DNA of 64,000 bases from contig SYHW01000038.1 in NCBI GenBank assembly GCA_005799065.1, positions 6,431-70,430 on the forward strand, given 5' to 3'. A model generated the notes under the pieces. That model did no database searches. It was given only the letters and a program-made list of their open reading frames with translations, and was not told the DNA's origin. Below are positions 37,807 through 48,697 of the stretch, piece after piece; positions within the stretch are counted from its first letter, which is position 1, and each line of letters opens with the position of its first letter. The stretch is from Bacteroidota bacterium (lineage in GTDB: Bacteria > Bacteroidota > Bacteroidia > UBA7662). The position numbers and the translations under genes are program-made.

Positions 37807-39687
37807 GTGGAACCCTACTTAGTATCCTTTAGAAGACACCGACCCGACTCCTTTATGTCGGTGGTCGGGCAAATACATATCACCCAAACCCTAAAGAACG
37901 CCATACGAACCGATAAATTGGCGCAAGCTATGTTGTTTTGCGGTCCAAGAGGCGTTGGAAAAACGACCTGCGCACGCATTTTGGCCAAAGCCATCAATTG
38001 CCTTCAACCTACTGAAGAGGCAGAAGCATGCGGCGTTTGCGCCAGCTGTGCATCGATCAGAGCGGGCGGCTCAATGGCGATCTATGAACTTGATGCGGCT
38101 TCCAACAATTCGGTCGACGACATTCGAAACCTGGTTGAACAAGTTCGTTATCCACCCCAAGGCGGGAAATTCAAAGTGTACATCATCGATGAGGTTCATA
38201 TGCTGAGTACGGCGGCCTTCAATGCATTTTTGAAGACCCTCGAAGAACCTCCACCCTATGCCATTTTCATCCTTGCGACCACCGAAAAGCACAAAATCCT
38301 ACCCACTATATTATCTCGCTGCCAAGTATACCAATTCAACAGAATCCGCGTACCGGATATAGCTGGCGAGTTAGAAAGGGTATGTAGGACTGATGGAATT
38401 CCATTCGAAGAACAAGCGCTTTATTCATTGGCCGAAAAGGCCGACGGCGCGCTGCGTGATGCGCTCAGCATGCTGGATCAAATTGTCGGGTTTTCTGGGG
38501 GACAGCTCCGGCTAGAAGATGTAGTTAAAAATCTCAATCTCCTGGACAGTCGGTCCTTTTTTGATGCCACTAATTACATACTCGATGGTGATTTATCTGC
38601 TCTTTTGTTGCTTCTACAAAAGATCATTGTCGATGGCTTTGAAACCGATGCGTTTCTGGCAGGATTAGCCTCCCATTGGAGGTGGTTGTTGTTGGCACGC
38701 GACGAACAAACCCGCGCGATGTTGGAAGTAGGTAAAGACAGCCTTCCATCCTATGTTGATCAGGCCGGACGACTTTCTTTAGACATTCACTTGAGCGGTC
38801 TCAACCTACTCGCTCAAGCCGAAATGAACCACCGGCAAAGTCGAAACCCGAGGCTACATGCGGAAATGGCACTCGCTAAACTTTGTTATGCGCGTCAATT
38901 GTTGCTGCCTCCAGAAACCGACCTGCCCGATTCCACTGAAGCAGCTTTAGACAAGCAAGTCAATTTACCAGGCCGTCAAGAACATGCATCCCCCGAAAAA
39001 AAAGTAGTTGATTCTGCTCATCCCGTTGCTGCGCCCAGCACTACCCTGGACCATTTACCCAGTCAAAGAACAACAGAAGCAACCCGGGATGAAAAAACAA
39101 CAGATGCAATCCGGGTTGAAACGCTGCCTTTAGGTTCCGAAAAAAATCATATACGGCCTGATAACACCGTACCGGAACTCCCGGTGGCACCACCGCTCAA
39201 GGCAGTGGCTACACCCTTAAAAGTATCTAAAATCAAATCTCCACAGCTGCATGCCAGCCAAGCAACAACAGAGTACCCGCTGTCTAAGGAAACAGGAGCA
39301 TCTACTCAGATATCGATAAGCACTGAAAAGGATACAATCGAACAAGCTTGGTTCAAGATGTTAGCAGGACTTCAATCAGAAGGCAGGAAATATGTGCACA
39401 GCGCTCTATCTCAAATTAAACCTGTATTAAATAATGCGGCAGAAATCGAAATTCCAATCGAGCACGACGCTTTGCGCACTGCATTGGATGTTTTGCTGTT
39501 CGATTTAACCAACCAACTCAGAAGCTGGACAGGGCAACCTGAAATTCAACTCAAACTGCTTGCAATGTCCCCTGATTCCCAAGCCGCAACATTTGCGACA
39601 CTTTCAGAAAAAAAACAATGGTTACTGGATAAATACCCACAAATCAATCCATTTATCCAGAGAATAGGATTAGACTGGTCTTATTAA
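37807..39687 (+). CDS. dnaX: DNA polymerase III subunit tau/gamma
   Basis: EPYLVSFRRHRPDSFMSVVGQ, GPRGVGKTT, a Zn module CGVCASC, and IIDEVHMLS. The GTG at 37807 is the first start clear of divergent rpsF. The ORF-track start at 37600 overlaps rpsF. Confidence 0.93.
   Translation: MEPYLVSFRRHRPDSFMSVVGQIHITQTLKNAIRTDKLAQAMLFCGPRGVGKTTCARILAKAINCLQPTEEAEACGVCASCASIRAGGSMAIYELDAASNNSVDDIRNLVEQVRYPPQGGKFKVYIIDEVHMLSTAAFNAFLKTLEEPPPYAIFILATTEKHKILPTILSRCQVYQFNRIRVPDIAGELERVCRTDGIPFEEQALYSLAEKADGALRDALSMLDQIVGFSGGQLRLEDVVKNLNLLDSRSFFDATNYILDGDLSALLLLLQKIIVDGFETDAFLAGLASHWRWLLLARDEQTRAMLEVGKDSLPSYVDQAGRLSLDIHLSGLNLLAQAEMNHRQSRNPRLHAEMALAKLCYARQLLLPPETDLPDSTEAALDKQVNLPGRQEHASPEKKVVDSAHPVAAPSTTLDHLPSQRTTEATRDEKTTDAIRVETLPLGSEKNHIRPDNTVPELPVAPPLKAVATPLKVSKIKSPQLHASQATTEYPLSKETGASTQISISTEKDTIEQAWFKMLAGLQSEGRKYVHSALSQIKPVLNNAAEIEIPIEHDALRTALDVLLFDLTNQLRSWTGQPEIQLKLLAMSPDSQAATFATLSEKKQWLLDKYPQINPFIQRIGLDWSY
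38995..39011 (+). other. Candidate recoding site in dnaX (-1 frameshift or transcriptional slippage): an A8 run with stops in both alternative frames
   Basis: The 0 frame reads GAA AAA AAA GTA GTT GAT. The -1 frame reads AGT AGT TGA (stop at 39009-39011). The +1 frame reads AAG TAG (stop at 39005-39007). The site is at codons 397-399 of 626, just after conserved domain III. Confidence 0.45.
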
Positions 39688-40008
39688 TTACCTGAATTTA
39701 TCATCCTGCAAGATGAGCTGTTTGGGCATCACGATTTATTTCTTACCGTCGTTCGGTTTATATCCGGACGAGGTTCGAATTACATTTCGCCATGGTTAAC
39801 GGAGCACATTCTGGTGTACGACTGAAATGTGACTCGCGTTTAATCAGATTACAACTTGTACTACGAGGGCATTCTTCGAAAACGAAATGTTACAAAAGGA
39901 AATTCACCATACCCAGTGACATATCAGGTCTTGATAGTACAAATTCAATTGTTTAAATTTGCCTCGGTTGTTAAGAAAATATGATGTCTAACCCTTTAAA
40001 CAAAATCA

Positions 40009-40545
40009 ATGTTAGTGAAAATCCCCCTAAAAAACACCAGTGAAACGGCTGTTGTTGATGCGGAGGTGTACGACTTTCTTGTGGAGAACCCGTACCTGAA
40101 AAAAATCAAATTTGTTGAAAATCTCAGGAAACATTCCCGCGGATACGCATTCTTCCAAAAAAATTGGCCCTTAGGTGAGGGTGTCTACAAAAATGAGACG
40201 ATTTACCTGCACAAATTAATTGCTGAGAAATTTGTAAACAAACCCGATGCCAATGAACGGCTTTTGGTGAACATCATCAACAGCAATCCACTCGATTGTC
40301 GAAAAGCCAATTTAGAATGGGCCAATCGATCAAAAGTGGTTCGCAATACCAATAAATCAGTGAACCGATACGGCTATCGGGGCGTAGTGAAAAGCGGTAA
40401 AAAATACAGGGCTGTTATCTTCAAAAATAAAGAACGCTTCGATTTGGGCATTTTCGACACGCCCATTGAAGCAGCTCGGGCCTATAATGTGAAGTCGTTG
40501 GAGTTCTTCGGAAAAACCAACGGTCTCAACCAAATCCCGGAATAA
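40009..40545 (+). CDS. AP2 DNA-binding domain protein with a degenerate HNH_3-like N-terminal region
   Basis: YRGVVKSGKKYRAVIFKNKERFDLGIFDTPIEAARAYN is an AP2 domain. YLHKLIAEKFV...NIINSNPLDCRKANLEW resembles HNH_3, but Ile sits where the first catalytic His is expected. Confidence 0.75.
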   Translation: MLVKIPLKNTSETAVVDAEVYDFLVENPYLKKIKFVENLRKHSRGYAFFQKNWPLGEGVYKNETIYLHKLIAEKFVNKPDANERLLVNIINSNPLDCRKANLEWANRSKVVRNTNKSVNRYGYRGVVKSGKKYRAVIFKNKERFDLGIFDTPIEAARAYNVKSLEFFGKTNGLNQIPE

Positions 40546-40588
40546 AAGCAACTTGAAGCGCCGAAGTTCTCGGCTGCACTCCTTTTTC

Positions 40589-40643
40589 AAGACATTTCGT
40601 CAGATTTTGTTTAAAAAATCCTGACGAAATGTCTTTTTTATTT
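40589..40643 (+). terminator. Rho-independent terminator downstream of the AP2 gene
   Basis: A perfect 15-bp stem, aagacatttcgtcag (40589-40603) paired with ctgacgaaatgtctt (40621-40635), with a 17-nt loop and a following ttttatttg tract. Confidence 0.75.
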
Positions 40644-40692
40644 GAGGGTATACCAATGGTAGGGGAATTGATGTTCACAACAAAAACGAAAA

Positions 40693-43308
40693 ATGAACCA
40701 GGATTCCTTAACCGCCAAGTCGCAAGAAGCATTACAAAAGGCCATCGAACTGGCTCATCAAAATTCTCATCAGGCCATTGAAAATGTCCACGTCCTTCTT
40801 GGAATTGAGCAGGTCGACCAACACCTATTTTCCTACATCATCAATACCTGTGAAAGTAAGTCCGGCCGACTCCTTGAAGCACTCAAGGCTCAGTATAAGT
40901 CATTTCCGAAGGTAGAGGGTGCACAAGCCTATTGGCATACCGAGGCGCAAAAAAGTCTCTCAAAAGCCGCTGAAATCTCCAAAAAAATGGGGGATGAATT
41001 TGTTGCCCTAGAACACCTCATACTGGCCATTTCTGCCGGTCGTGATGTTGCATCAAGCTTGTTAAAAGACGCTGGTTGCTCCACTGATTGTTTAACTACT
41101 GCGGTCAAAAGCCTGCGCAAGGGCGCCCAGGTGAAGGACCCTCATGCCGAAAACACCTACAACGCACTTGCAAAATACGCCCGCAATCTCAATCATCTCG
41201 CTGAATCGGGTAAACTAGACCCTGTAATTGGACGCGACGAAGAAATCAGGCGGGTCATTCAAATATTAAGCCGTCGGACCAAAAATAACCCCATTTTGAT
41301 CGGGGAACCGGGCGTGGGCAAAACAGCCATCGCAGAAGGCATAGCCTTTAGGATAATTAAGGGGGATGTTCCAGAAAATCTGAAGCACAAAATTGTTTTT
41401 TCGCTCGATATGGGGGCTCTCATCGCCGGAGCAAAATACAAAGGTGAATTCGAAGAGCGCCTGAAATCGGTGGTACGTGAGGTGACTGAAAGCGATGGCA
41501 CCTTAATTTTGTTTATCGACGAAATTCACACCCTGGTGGGCGCTGGTAGTGGAGGCGAAGGCGCCATGGATGCGGCCAATATACTCAAACCTGCACTGGC
41601 TCGCGGAGAATTGCGTGCGATTGGCGCCACGACTTTATCGGAATACCAAAAATACTTCGAAAAAGATAAGGCACTGGAACGCCGGTTTCAGAAAGTTTTG
41701 GTCGATGAACCCGATGCTGCAGACGCCATTAGCATCTTGCGCGGCCTAAAAGAGCGCTATGAAACGCACCACAAGGTCCTCATTCGTGATGAAGCCATCT
41801 TGGCCGCGGTCGAACTGAGCCAACGATACATCACCGATCGATTTTTGCCCGATAAGGCCATTGACCTGATGGATGAATCCGCTGCCCGCCTAAGAATCGA
41901 AATCGATTCGGTTCCTGAGGAATTGGATGAACTAGAACGGCGAATCATGCAGCTTGAAATCGAAAAACAGGCCATGTTGCGGGAAAATGATACCGAAAAA
42001 GTCAAAATCATCGACTTGGATTTATTGAAACTCCGAGCGGATGCAGATCTTTTACGGGGGCGCTGGCGTTCGGAAAAGGCACTCATGGAGAAAATTCAAT
42101 CGTCAAAAGAAACCATCGAACAATTAAAACTAGAGGCAGAACAGGCCGAACGAGCGGCCGATTATGGTCGGGTAGCTGAAATTCGTTATGGTCGACTCAA
42201 AGAAGCGGAAGTCCAACTGAATGAAATTCATCAGCAAGCGAAAGCAGCGTCTTCGCGAGAGAAAATGCTAAAAGAAGAAGTGACCGCTGAGGATATAGCC
42301 GAGGTGGTGTCGAAATGGACGGGAATTCCTGTTCAAAAAATGCTGGAAGGCGAACGAATGAAGCTTTTGCGCATGGAAGAGGAGTTACACAAAAGAGTGA
42401 TTGGTCAAGAACAAGCCATCAGCGTGGTTTCGGACGCCGTACGCCGGTCGCGTTCTGGTCTGCACGATGAAAAACGCCCGGTAGGAAGCTTTCTCTTTCT
42501 TGGTTCCACAGGAGTAGGAAAAACAGAATTAGCGAAAGCGATTGCCGCCTTTTTATTCAACGATGAACAAGCCATGGTGCGCATCGACATGAGCGAATAC
42601 CAGGAAAAACACAGTGTATCTCGACTCGTGGGTGCACCTCCGGGCTATGTAGGCTATGATGAAGGGGGGCAGCTCACTGAAGCCGTCCGCACCCATCCCT
42701 ATTCGGTGATCCTACTCGATGAGATTGAAAAGGCCCATCCCGACGTCTTCAACCTTTTGCTGCAGGTACTCGACGAAGGTCGACTCACAGACAGCAAAGG
42801 CCGCACGGTAAATTTTCGAAATACCCTGATAGTGATGACATCAAACTTGGGTGCACCCATCATTCAATCGCGCCTGGAGGAAATGGAAGATCGAAACAGA
42901 AAACATCTGATGGCGGAAATCGAAAGTGAATTGATGCAACTACTACGCTCCAGCCTTCGTCCGGAGTTTTTAAACAGAATCGATGAAATCGTCGTTTTTC
43001 AGCCCCTCTCTAAAGAAGAGATCCGAAGGATTGTTAGCCTACACATCGAACAATTACGCAGGCAACTCCAAAGCAAGAACGTCAGCTTGGCCGCATCCGA
43101 AGCTGCAGTTCGATATTTAGCAGAAGCGGGTTATGACCCCCTTTTCGGAGCAAGGCCATTGAAGAGAATTATTCAAAAAGAAATACTAAACCGCTTGTCG
43201 CGCGCCCTCCTATCGGGCGAGATCAAATCGGATCAAGCCATTTGGATCGACCATTTTGAAGAATCGGGCATCGTTTTCCGCAATTCGACTGAAGAATCGG
43301 TCGATTAA
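40693..43308 (+). CDS. clpB: ATP-dependent chaperone ClpB
   Basis: Two AAA+ modules (GEPGVGKTA and GSTGVGKTE), a long coiled-coil M-domain, and 871 aa. Confidence 0.97.
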   Translation: MNQDSLTAKSQEALQKAIELAHQNSHQAIENVHVLLGIEQVDQHLFSYIINTCESKSGRLLEALKAQYKSFPKVEGAQAYWHTEAQKSLSKAAEISKKMGDEFVALEHLILAISAGRDVASSLLKDAGCSTDCLTTAVKSLRKGAQVKDPHAENTYNALAKYARNLNHLAESGKLDPVIGRDEEIRRVIQILSRRTKNNPILIGEPGVGKTAIAEGIAFRIIKGDVPENLKHKIVFSLDMGALIAGAKYKGEFEERLKSVVREVTESDGTLILFIDEIHTLVGAGSGGEGAMDAANILKPALARGELRAIGATTLSEYQKYFEKDKALERRFQKVLVDEPDAADAISILRGLKERYETHHKVLIRDEAILAAVELSQRYITDRFLPDKAIDLMDESAARLRIEIDSVPEELDELERRIMQLEIEKQAMLRENDTEKVKIIDLDLLKLRADADLLRGRWRSEKALMEKIQSSKETIEQLKLEAEQAERAADYGRVAEIRYGRLKEAEVQLNEIHQQAKAASSREKMLKEEVTAEDIAEVVSKWTGIPVQKMLEGERMKLLRMEEELHKRVIGQEQAISVVSDAVRRSRSGLHDEKRPVGSFLFLGSTGVGKTELAKAIAAFLFNDEQAMVRIDMSEYQEKHSVSRLVGAPPGYVGYDEGGQLTEAVRTHPYSVILLDEIEKAHPDVFNLLLQVLDEGRLTDSKGRTVNFRNTLIVMTSNLGAPIIQSRLEEMEDRNRKHLMAEIESELMQLLRSSLRPEFLNRIDEIVVFQPLSKEEIRRIVSLHIEQLRRQLQSKNVSLAASEAAVRYLAEAGYDPLFGARPLKRIIQKEILNRLSRALLSGEIKSDQAIWIDHFEESGIVFRNSTEESVD

Positions 43309-43319
43309 TTGACGTACTT

Positions 43320-44930
43320 TTGCCCCCCGTGGACCCACAACAGGAAATCGCGCGGCGCAGGACCTTCGCCATCATTTCGCACCCCGATGCGGGGAAAACT
43401 ACACTCACGGAAAAGTTCCTCCTGTTCGGTGGCGCTATCCAGACCGCAGGCGCCGTAAAAAGCAACAAAATTCGTAAGTCAGCCACCTCTGACTTTATGG
43501 AAATTGAAAAGCAAAGAGGTATTTCTGTAGCCACTTCGGTCATGGGTTTTGATTATAAAGGCTATCGGGTCAATATTCTCGACACGCCGGGTCATAAAGA
43601 CTTCGCCGAGGATACCTACAGAACCTTAACTGCGGTCGACTCCGTGATTCTGGTCGTTGATATCGCCCGCGGGGTGGAAGAACAAACCGACAAACTGATG
43701 GCCGTTTGCCGAATGCGCCAAATTCCGGTTATGATTTTTGTGAATAAAATGGATCGCGACGGCAAAGATCCTTTCGATTTGCTGGATGAACTCGAGCAGA
43801 AACTGAAAATTCAGGTAACCCCGCTCAGCTGGCCCATTTCAGGAGGCGCTACTTTTAGAGGCGTATATAACCTACACCGAAGTGAATTAAACCTATTTTC
43901 TCCCAATAAAACAGGTATATCCGACGATGTACGTTCGTTTGAGTCGCTTCAAGACCCGGCCATCGATTCCATTTTGGGTCGGGCGGCTGAAGCCTTACGT
44001 CAAGAGGTCGAACTGACATCGGTTTTACCCGAGTTTACCAAAGAAGAATACCGTGCGGGTCATCTAGCACCTGTATTCTTCGGCAGTGCACTCAATAATT
44101 TTGGCATACAGGAACTCCTCGACACGTTCGTGGAATTGGCCCCTGCCCCCGTTTCAAGAACCACCAACCAAGGAACTGTTCAACCAGGGGATAAGAATTT
44201 ATCGGGCTTTGTTTTTAAGATTCATGCCAACCTCGATCCCAATCACCGGGATCGGATCGCCTTCTTTAGGATCTGCTCCGGTGTATTCAAAAAAAACCAA
44301 TTTTATTTCCACCCTCGGCTGCGCAAAAAATTCAGGTTTAGCACACCCGTCATGTTCCAAGCCAACGAGCGAAATCTGGTGGAGGAAGCATGGCCGGGTG
44401 ATGTGGTAGGGCTCTATGATACAGGTAATTTTAAGATTGGGGATTCGCTGACTGAGGGTGCCGGCTTTTTCTTCAAAGGTATCCCTGCCTTTTCACCAGA
44501 GATTTTCCGCGCCGTGGAGAACCAGGATCCCTTTCGCGCCAAACAGTTTGAAAAGGGGTTGAGACAGTTGACCGATGAGGGTGTGGCCCAGTTGTTCACA
44601 CAACAACCAGGCAACCGAAAAATCATCGGCACGGTAGGCGAACTGCAATTCGATGTCATTCAATTCAGACTCCTTCAGGAATACGGTGCAAAAGTGTCTT
44701 TTCGTCCGCTCTCTTACCTCAAAGCCTGTTGGGTAGAAAGTGAACAACCCAGTGATGCCGAGGACTTTTTTCGTTTCAAGCGCGAACAGATGGCATTTGA
44801 CAAAGATGATCGACCCGTTTATCTAGCCGACAGTCTTTGGATGTTAGAGCGTGCCATTGCAGATTACCCCAAACTGAACTTTCGTTTTTCTGCAGAAGTC
44901 ATGCTGAAAGAAGAAGAAGGTGAAGAATAG
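43320..44930 (+). CDS. prfC: Peptide chain release factor 3
   Basis: [28 protein letters not shown] and NKMD. The start is TTG 43320 or GTG 43329. Confidence 0.95.
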   Translation: MPPVDPQQEIARRRTFAIISHPDAGKTTLTEKFLLFGGAIQTAGAVKSNKIRKSATSDFMEIEKQRGISVATSVMGFDYKGYRVNILDTPGHKDFAEDTYRTLTAVDSVILVVDIARGVEEQTDKLMAVCRMRQIPVMIFVNKMDRDGKDPFDLLDELEQKLKIQVTPLSWPISGGATFRGVYNLHRSELNLFSPNKTGISDDVRSFESLQDPAIDSILGRAAEALRQEVELTSVLPEFTKEEYRAGHLAPVFFGSALNNFGIQELLDTFVELAPAPVSRTTNQGTVQPGDKNLSGFVFKIHANLDPNHRDRIAFFRICSGVFKKNQFYFHPRLRKKFRFSTPVMFQANERNLVEEAWPGDVVGLYDTGNFKIGDSLTEGAGFFFKGIPAFSPEIFRAVENQDPFRAKQFEKGLRQLTDEGVAQLFTQQPGNRKIIGTVGELQFDVIQFRLLQEYGAKVSFRPLSYLKACWVESEQPSDAEDFFRFKREQMAFDKDDRPVYLADSLWMLERAIADYPKLNFRFSAEVMLKEEEGEE

Positions 44931-44973
44931 GCGAGATCCAAGCACCACGGCAAAAATCGAGTGCCTGTAAACC

Positions 44974-45843
44974 TTAGTTGCCGCCGAGATAGGCCTTCAA
45001 AATTCGACTCTTGGTTGTCGCACGAAGGCGTCGAATGGATTTTTCCTTAATCTGTCTCACTCTCTCGCGGGTTAAACCTAAATTCGTGCCAATCTCTTCC
45101 AGCGTTAGCGGTTGTCGACCCCCCAATCCAAAAAAATACCTCAGCACATCCGCCTCACGCGTGGTGAGTACCATCAGTGCATATTCGACCTCCTTACTCA
45201 ATGATTCGTCAATAAGTGCGTTATCGGGCTTTGCGGCCTCATCATCGCGCAATACGTCGAGCAACGAACTATCTTCACCATCGGCTAAAGGTGCATCTAC
45301 AGAGATATGTCGACCCGATACCTTAAGACTGTTTTCAACCTCACTCACCGTCATCTCTAAAATAATGGCTAACTCTTCAGCCGTTGGCTCGCGCTCGAAT
45401 TCTTGTTCCAATTTGGAAAAAGCCTTTACAATTTTATTGAGCGTGCCGACTTGATTTAATGGGAGTCGAACGATTCGTGACTGTTCGGCTAAGGCCTGAA
45501 GTATGGATTGCCGAATCCACCAAACAGCATAGGAAATAAATTTAAATCCCCTTGTTTCGTCGAAGCGCTGTGCCGCCTTTATGAGTCCTAAGTTTCCTTC
45601 ATTAATCAAATCTCCCAACGTGAGGCCCTGGTTTTGGTATTGTTTTGCTACAGATACCACAAACCGCAGGTTTGCCGTGGCCAAACGCTCCAATGCTTTT
45701 TGATCTCCCTGCCTGATGAGCTTGGCCAACTCAACTTCCTCGTCGGGGCTTATCAAATCAACTCTACCAATTTCCTGAAGATACTTCTCCAGTGACTGGC
45801 TTTCCCGGTTGGTGATTTGCTTGCTGATCTTCAGCTGACGCAT
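44974..45843 (-). CDS. rpoD: Primary RNA polymerase sigma factor (short Bacteroidota RpoD/SigA)
   Basis: [16 protein letters not shown]...[16 protein letters not shown] and [10 protein letters not shown]. Region 4 has TLEEIG...[13 protein letters not shown]. Confidence 0.95.
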   Translation of the reverse strand: MRQLKISKQITNRESQSLEKYLQEIGRVDLISPDEEVELAKLIRQGDQKALERLATANLRFVVSVAKQYQNQGLTLGDLINEGNLGLIKAAQRFDETRGFKFISYAVWWIRQSILQALAEQSRIVRLPLNQVGTLNKIVKAFSKLEQEFEREPTAEELAIILEMTVSEVENSLKVSGRHISVDAPLADGEDSSLLDVLRDDEAAKPDNALIDESLSKEVEYALMVLTTREADVLRYFFGLGGRQPLTLEEIGTNLGLTRERVRQIKEKSIRRLRATTKSRILKAYLGGN

Positions 45844-45876
45844 AGGCTAGTGTTGATATTTTGACGAAAAATCGAC

Positions 45877-45884
45877 CAAAATTA
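45877..45884 (-). promoter_or_regulatory. Candidate -7 box (TAATTTTG on the minus strand) for rpoD
   Basis: Matches TAnnTTTG 34 nt upstream of the rpoD ATG. A possible -33 TTG (caa on the plus strand at 45906-45908) lies 21 nt away. Confidence 0.3.
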
Positions 45885-46021
45885 ATCTGAAACGCGCGCA
45901 AAACACAAAAAAAAGATACGATTTCAGAATTGCGCAGCAAAATCAACAAAAAAACAATCCATGCAGTCCATTTACGTTGCGCTGAAACATTCAATGATCA
46001 ACCGGAGTTACAACGATCTCC

Positions 46022-48244
46022 TTAATCTTTTCGTTCACCTTGTTCACCCCGATCTCTCCGGTCGCCTCTTTCACCCCGATCTCTACGATCATCCCGATCG
46101 CGTCGCGGTGGGCGTTCTGAGGTTTCAGGCATTCCTTCAGGCCTAGGCAGAAGCGCCTTGGCAGACAAGCGGAACTTACCCGTTTTGGGATCAACTTCCA
46201 CCAGTTTTACCTGTATTTGATCACCCTCTTTGTAAACGCCATCCATTGTTTCTAGACGCTCCCAGCGAATCTCGCTGATGTGCAAAAGTCCATCTTTACC
46301 CGGCAAAAACTCGACAAAAGCACCAAATGGCATTATCGAACGAACCTTACCGGTGTAAATTGCTCCTACCTCAGCCTTCGCCGCTATACCGGTGATCCGG
46401 CGCACGGCTGCGTCCATGCCTGTCTTATCGGCTGTATAGATTTGTACCATGCCGAATTCTCCCACCTCCTCAATGCTGATGGTGGAATTGGTTTCTCGCT
46501 GAATTTCCTGAATAATCTTTCCTCCAGGTCCAATCACCGCGCCTATAAACTCACGGTCGATCTTCAACTGGGTGATACGGGGCACTTGCGGACGATAATC
46601 TTCGCGGGGTGCCGCTAGCGATTTGTTCATTTCATTGAGAATATGAGCTCTTCCTTCGGCCGCCTGAGCTAAGGCCTTCGACAAAACCTCAGCAGGCAAC
46701 CCATCAATTTTGATGTCCATTTGGCAGGCCGTGATTCCCTTCGCTGTTCCTGTTACCTTGAAATCCATATCACCCAAGTGATCTTCATCCCCTAAAATGT
46801 CAGAAAGCACTTTGAATCGGCTTCCATCAGTAATAAGACCCATAGCAATGCCCGAAACGGGCCCGCTAATTTGCACGCCAGCGTCCATGAGCGAAAGCGA
46901 TCCAGCACAAACAGTGGCCATAGATGAGGAGCCATTCGACTCCAAGATGTCGCTCACAATTCGAATCGTGTATGGGCAAGCCTCAACTGAAGGCAGAACT
47001 TGCTTAAGGGAACGCATGGCCAAGTTGCCATGCCCAATTTCGCGTCGACCAGGCCCACGGTTGGGACGGGTTTCGCCGGTAGAAAACGACGGGAAGTTGT
47101 AATGAAGCATGAACCTGTTGTATCCGGCAAACATAGCGCCATCCAACATTTGCTCGTCATCTTTTGAACCCAAGGTAACTGAAGTCAACGATTGGGTTTC
47201 GCCCCTTGTAAACACGGCTGAACCATGGGGTGAAGGGAGATATCCTACCTCGCACCAAATGGGGCGAACCACATCCAATTTCCGTCCGTCAAGCCGTCGC
47301 TCCTCATCGAGAATCATGTTGCGCATGGCCCGATACTCCACATCATGGAAATATTTTCGGGTCAAAAAAGAATCGGGTGTCTCTCCTTCTGGGCGGGATG
47401 CAATGAAATCTTGCAAAACCTGTTTGAAACCCGCTGAGCGTTCTTGCTTGGGCGCTCCAGAACGTGCAACAGCATAAACTTTATCGTAGCAAAACGACTC
47501 AATAGCCTCCTGAAGTGCAGCATCACTGCGCTCGTGATTATATGCTCTCGGAGAAACACCTACCTCAGCACGGAGGTTGAGTTGGGCTTGGCATTGGATC
47601 TTAATCGCTTCATGGGCAAAATGAATGGCGGCGGCCAATTCGTCTTCTGAACATTCTTTTGCTTCACCTTCTACCATCACAACATTATCTTTGGTGGCGG
47701 CCACGATGATATCAATATCGGCTTGAGCCATCTGCGAGATGCTTGGGTTGACAATGAAATGGCCATTGATGCGTGCAACCCGAACCTCCGAAATAGGACC
47801 ATTAAATGGGACATCCGAAACAGCCAGCGCGGCAGAAGCAGCTAGCCCCGCTAAAGCATCAGGTTGTATGTCTTTATCCGCACTAATGAGGGTAACCTGA
47901 ACTTGTGTGTCGGCGTGGTAATCCTCCGGAAACATTGGCCTTAATGCGCGGTCGATGAGTCGACTGATTAAAATTTCATAATCCGACAATCTACCTTCTC
48001 GTTTGAGGAAACCGCCTGGTATCTTTCCGGTTGATGCGAACTTTTCTTGATAATCTACCGTAAGCGGCATGAAATCAACATCTTCTTTGGCCTCTTTGGT
48101 AGAAACGACGGTGGCGAGTAACATGGTGTCGCCCATTTTCAGGACAACTGCGCCATCAGCTTGTTTGGCCAACAGGCCTGTTTCCAATGTGATTTGGCGA
48201 CCATCGCCCAAGTCGATGATTTGTGTGATCGGTTTTGGTTTCAT
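46022..48244 (-). CDS. pnp: Polyribonucleotide nucleotidyltransferase (PNPase) with an Arg/Asp/Glu-rich C-terminal tail
   Basis: Two RNase PH domains, KH and S1 ([15 protein letters not shown]). The tail is [30 protein letters not shown]. Confidence 0.97.
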   Translation of the reverse strand: MKPKPITQIIDLGDGRQITLETGLLAKQADGAVVLKMGDTMLLATVVSTKEAKEDVDFMPLTVDYQEKFASTGKIPGGFLKREGRLSDYEILISRLIDRALRPMFPEDYHADTQVQVTLISADKDIQPDALAGLAASAALAVSDVPFNGPISEVRVARINGHFIVNPSISQMAQADIDIIVAATKDNVVMVEGEAKECSEDELAAAIHFAHEAIKIQCQAQLNLRAEVGVSPRAYNHERSDAALQEAIESFCYDKVYAVARSGAPKQERSAGFKQVLQDFIASRPEGETPDSFLTRKYFHDVEYRAMRNMILDEERRLDGRKLDVVRPIWCEVGYLPSPHGSAVFTRGETQSLTSVTLGSKDDEQMLDGAMFAGYNRFMLHYNFPSFSTGETRPNRGPGRREIGHGNLAMRSLKQVLPSVEACPYTIRIVSDILESNGSSSMATVCAGSLSLMDAGVQISGPVSGIAMGLITDGSRFKVLSDILGDEDHLGDMDFKVTGTAKGITACQMDIKIDGLPAEVLSKALAQAAEGRAHILNEMNKSLAAPREDYRPQVPRITQLKIDREFIGAVIGPGGKIIQEIQRETNSTISIEEVGEFGMVQIYTADKTGMDAAVRRITGIAAKAEVGAIYTGKVRSIMPFGAFVEFLPGKDGLLHISEIRWERLETMDGVYKEGDQIQVKLVEVDPKTGKFRLSAKALLPRPEGMPETSERPPRRDRDDRRDRGERGDRRDRGEQGERKD

Positions 48245-48345
48245 AAATAAATTAATTCTCAGTGTTCTCTGACCAACAGCCGGGAGCGCTATGCCTCCTA
48301 TAGCGACCCAAAAAATGAATAGAATATACTACAGCTCTAATGCTG

Positions 48346-48615
48346 TTATTTTCGCAGATTCAACTTTTCAACGATGCTTCTGTAGCGCATAATGTCTATT
48401 CGGTGCAAGTAATTCAACAAATCGCGCCTGCGGCCGACCATTTTAATCAGCGCTTGTTGCGTTGAATAGTCTTTACGATTCTTTTTTAGGTGCTCAGTCA
48501 AATGAGCGATGCGCACTGTATATTGAGCAATTTGGCTTTCTGCGGAACCAGTATCCTGAGCTCCTGAGCCATACTGGGCGTAAATTTTTTGCTTTTCAGC
48601 GGTATTTAAATACAT
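48346..48615 (-). CDS. rpsO: 30S ribosomal protein S15
   Basis: GSAESQIA..T.RI..LTEHLK..KKD..S...L..MVGRRR.LL.YL. Confidence 0.96.
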   Translation of the reverse strand: MYLNTAEKQKIYAQYGSGAQDTGSAESQIAQYTVRIAHLTEHLKKNRKDYSTQQALIKMVGRRRDLLNYLHRIDIMRYRSIVEKLNLRK

Positions 48616-48697
48616 ATATGGTACAATTAATCAACCGCCACACGGACGAATATTCTTTAAGGCCGCAAATATACGAAAAAAAGTATAAATTAATCCT

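Noticed and set aside
39771-39795. GGTTCGAAT T-loop-like motif and atttcgcca, suggesting a tRNA remnant or att site upstream of the AP2 gene
   Set aside because: No complementary T-stem, acceptor stem or anticodon arm can be drawn. The resemblance to the tRNA-Leu at 31365-31446 is limited to 7-9 nt and could be chance.
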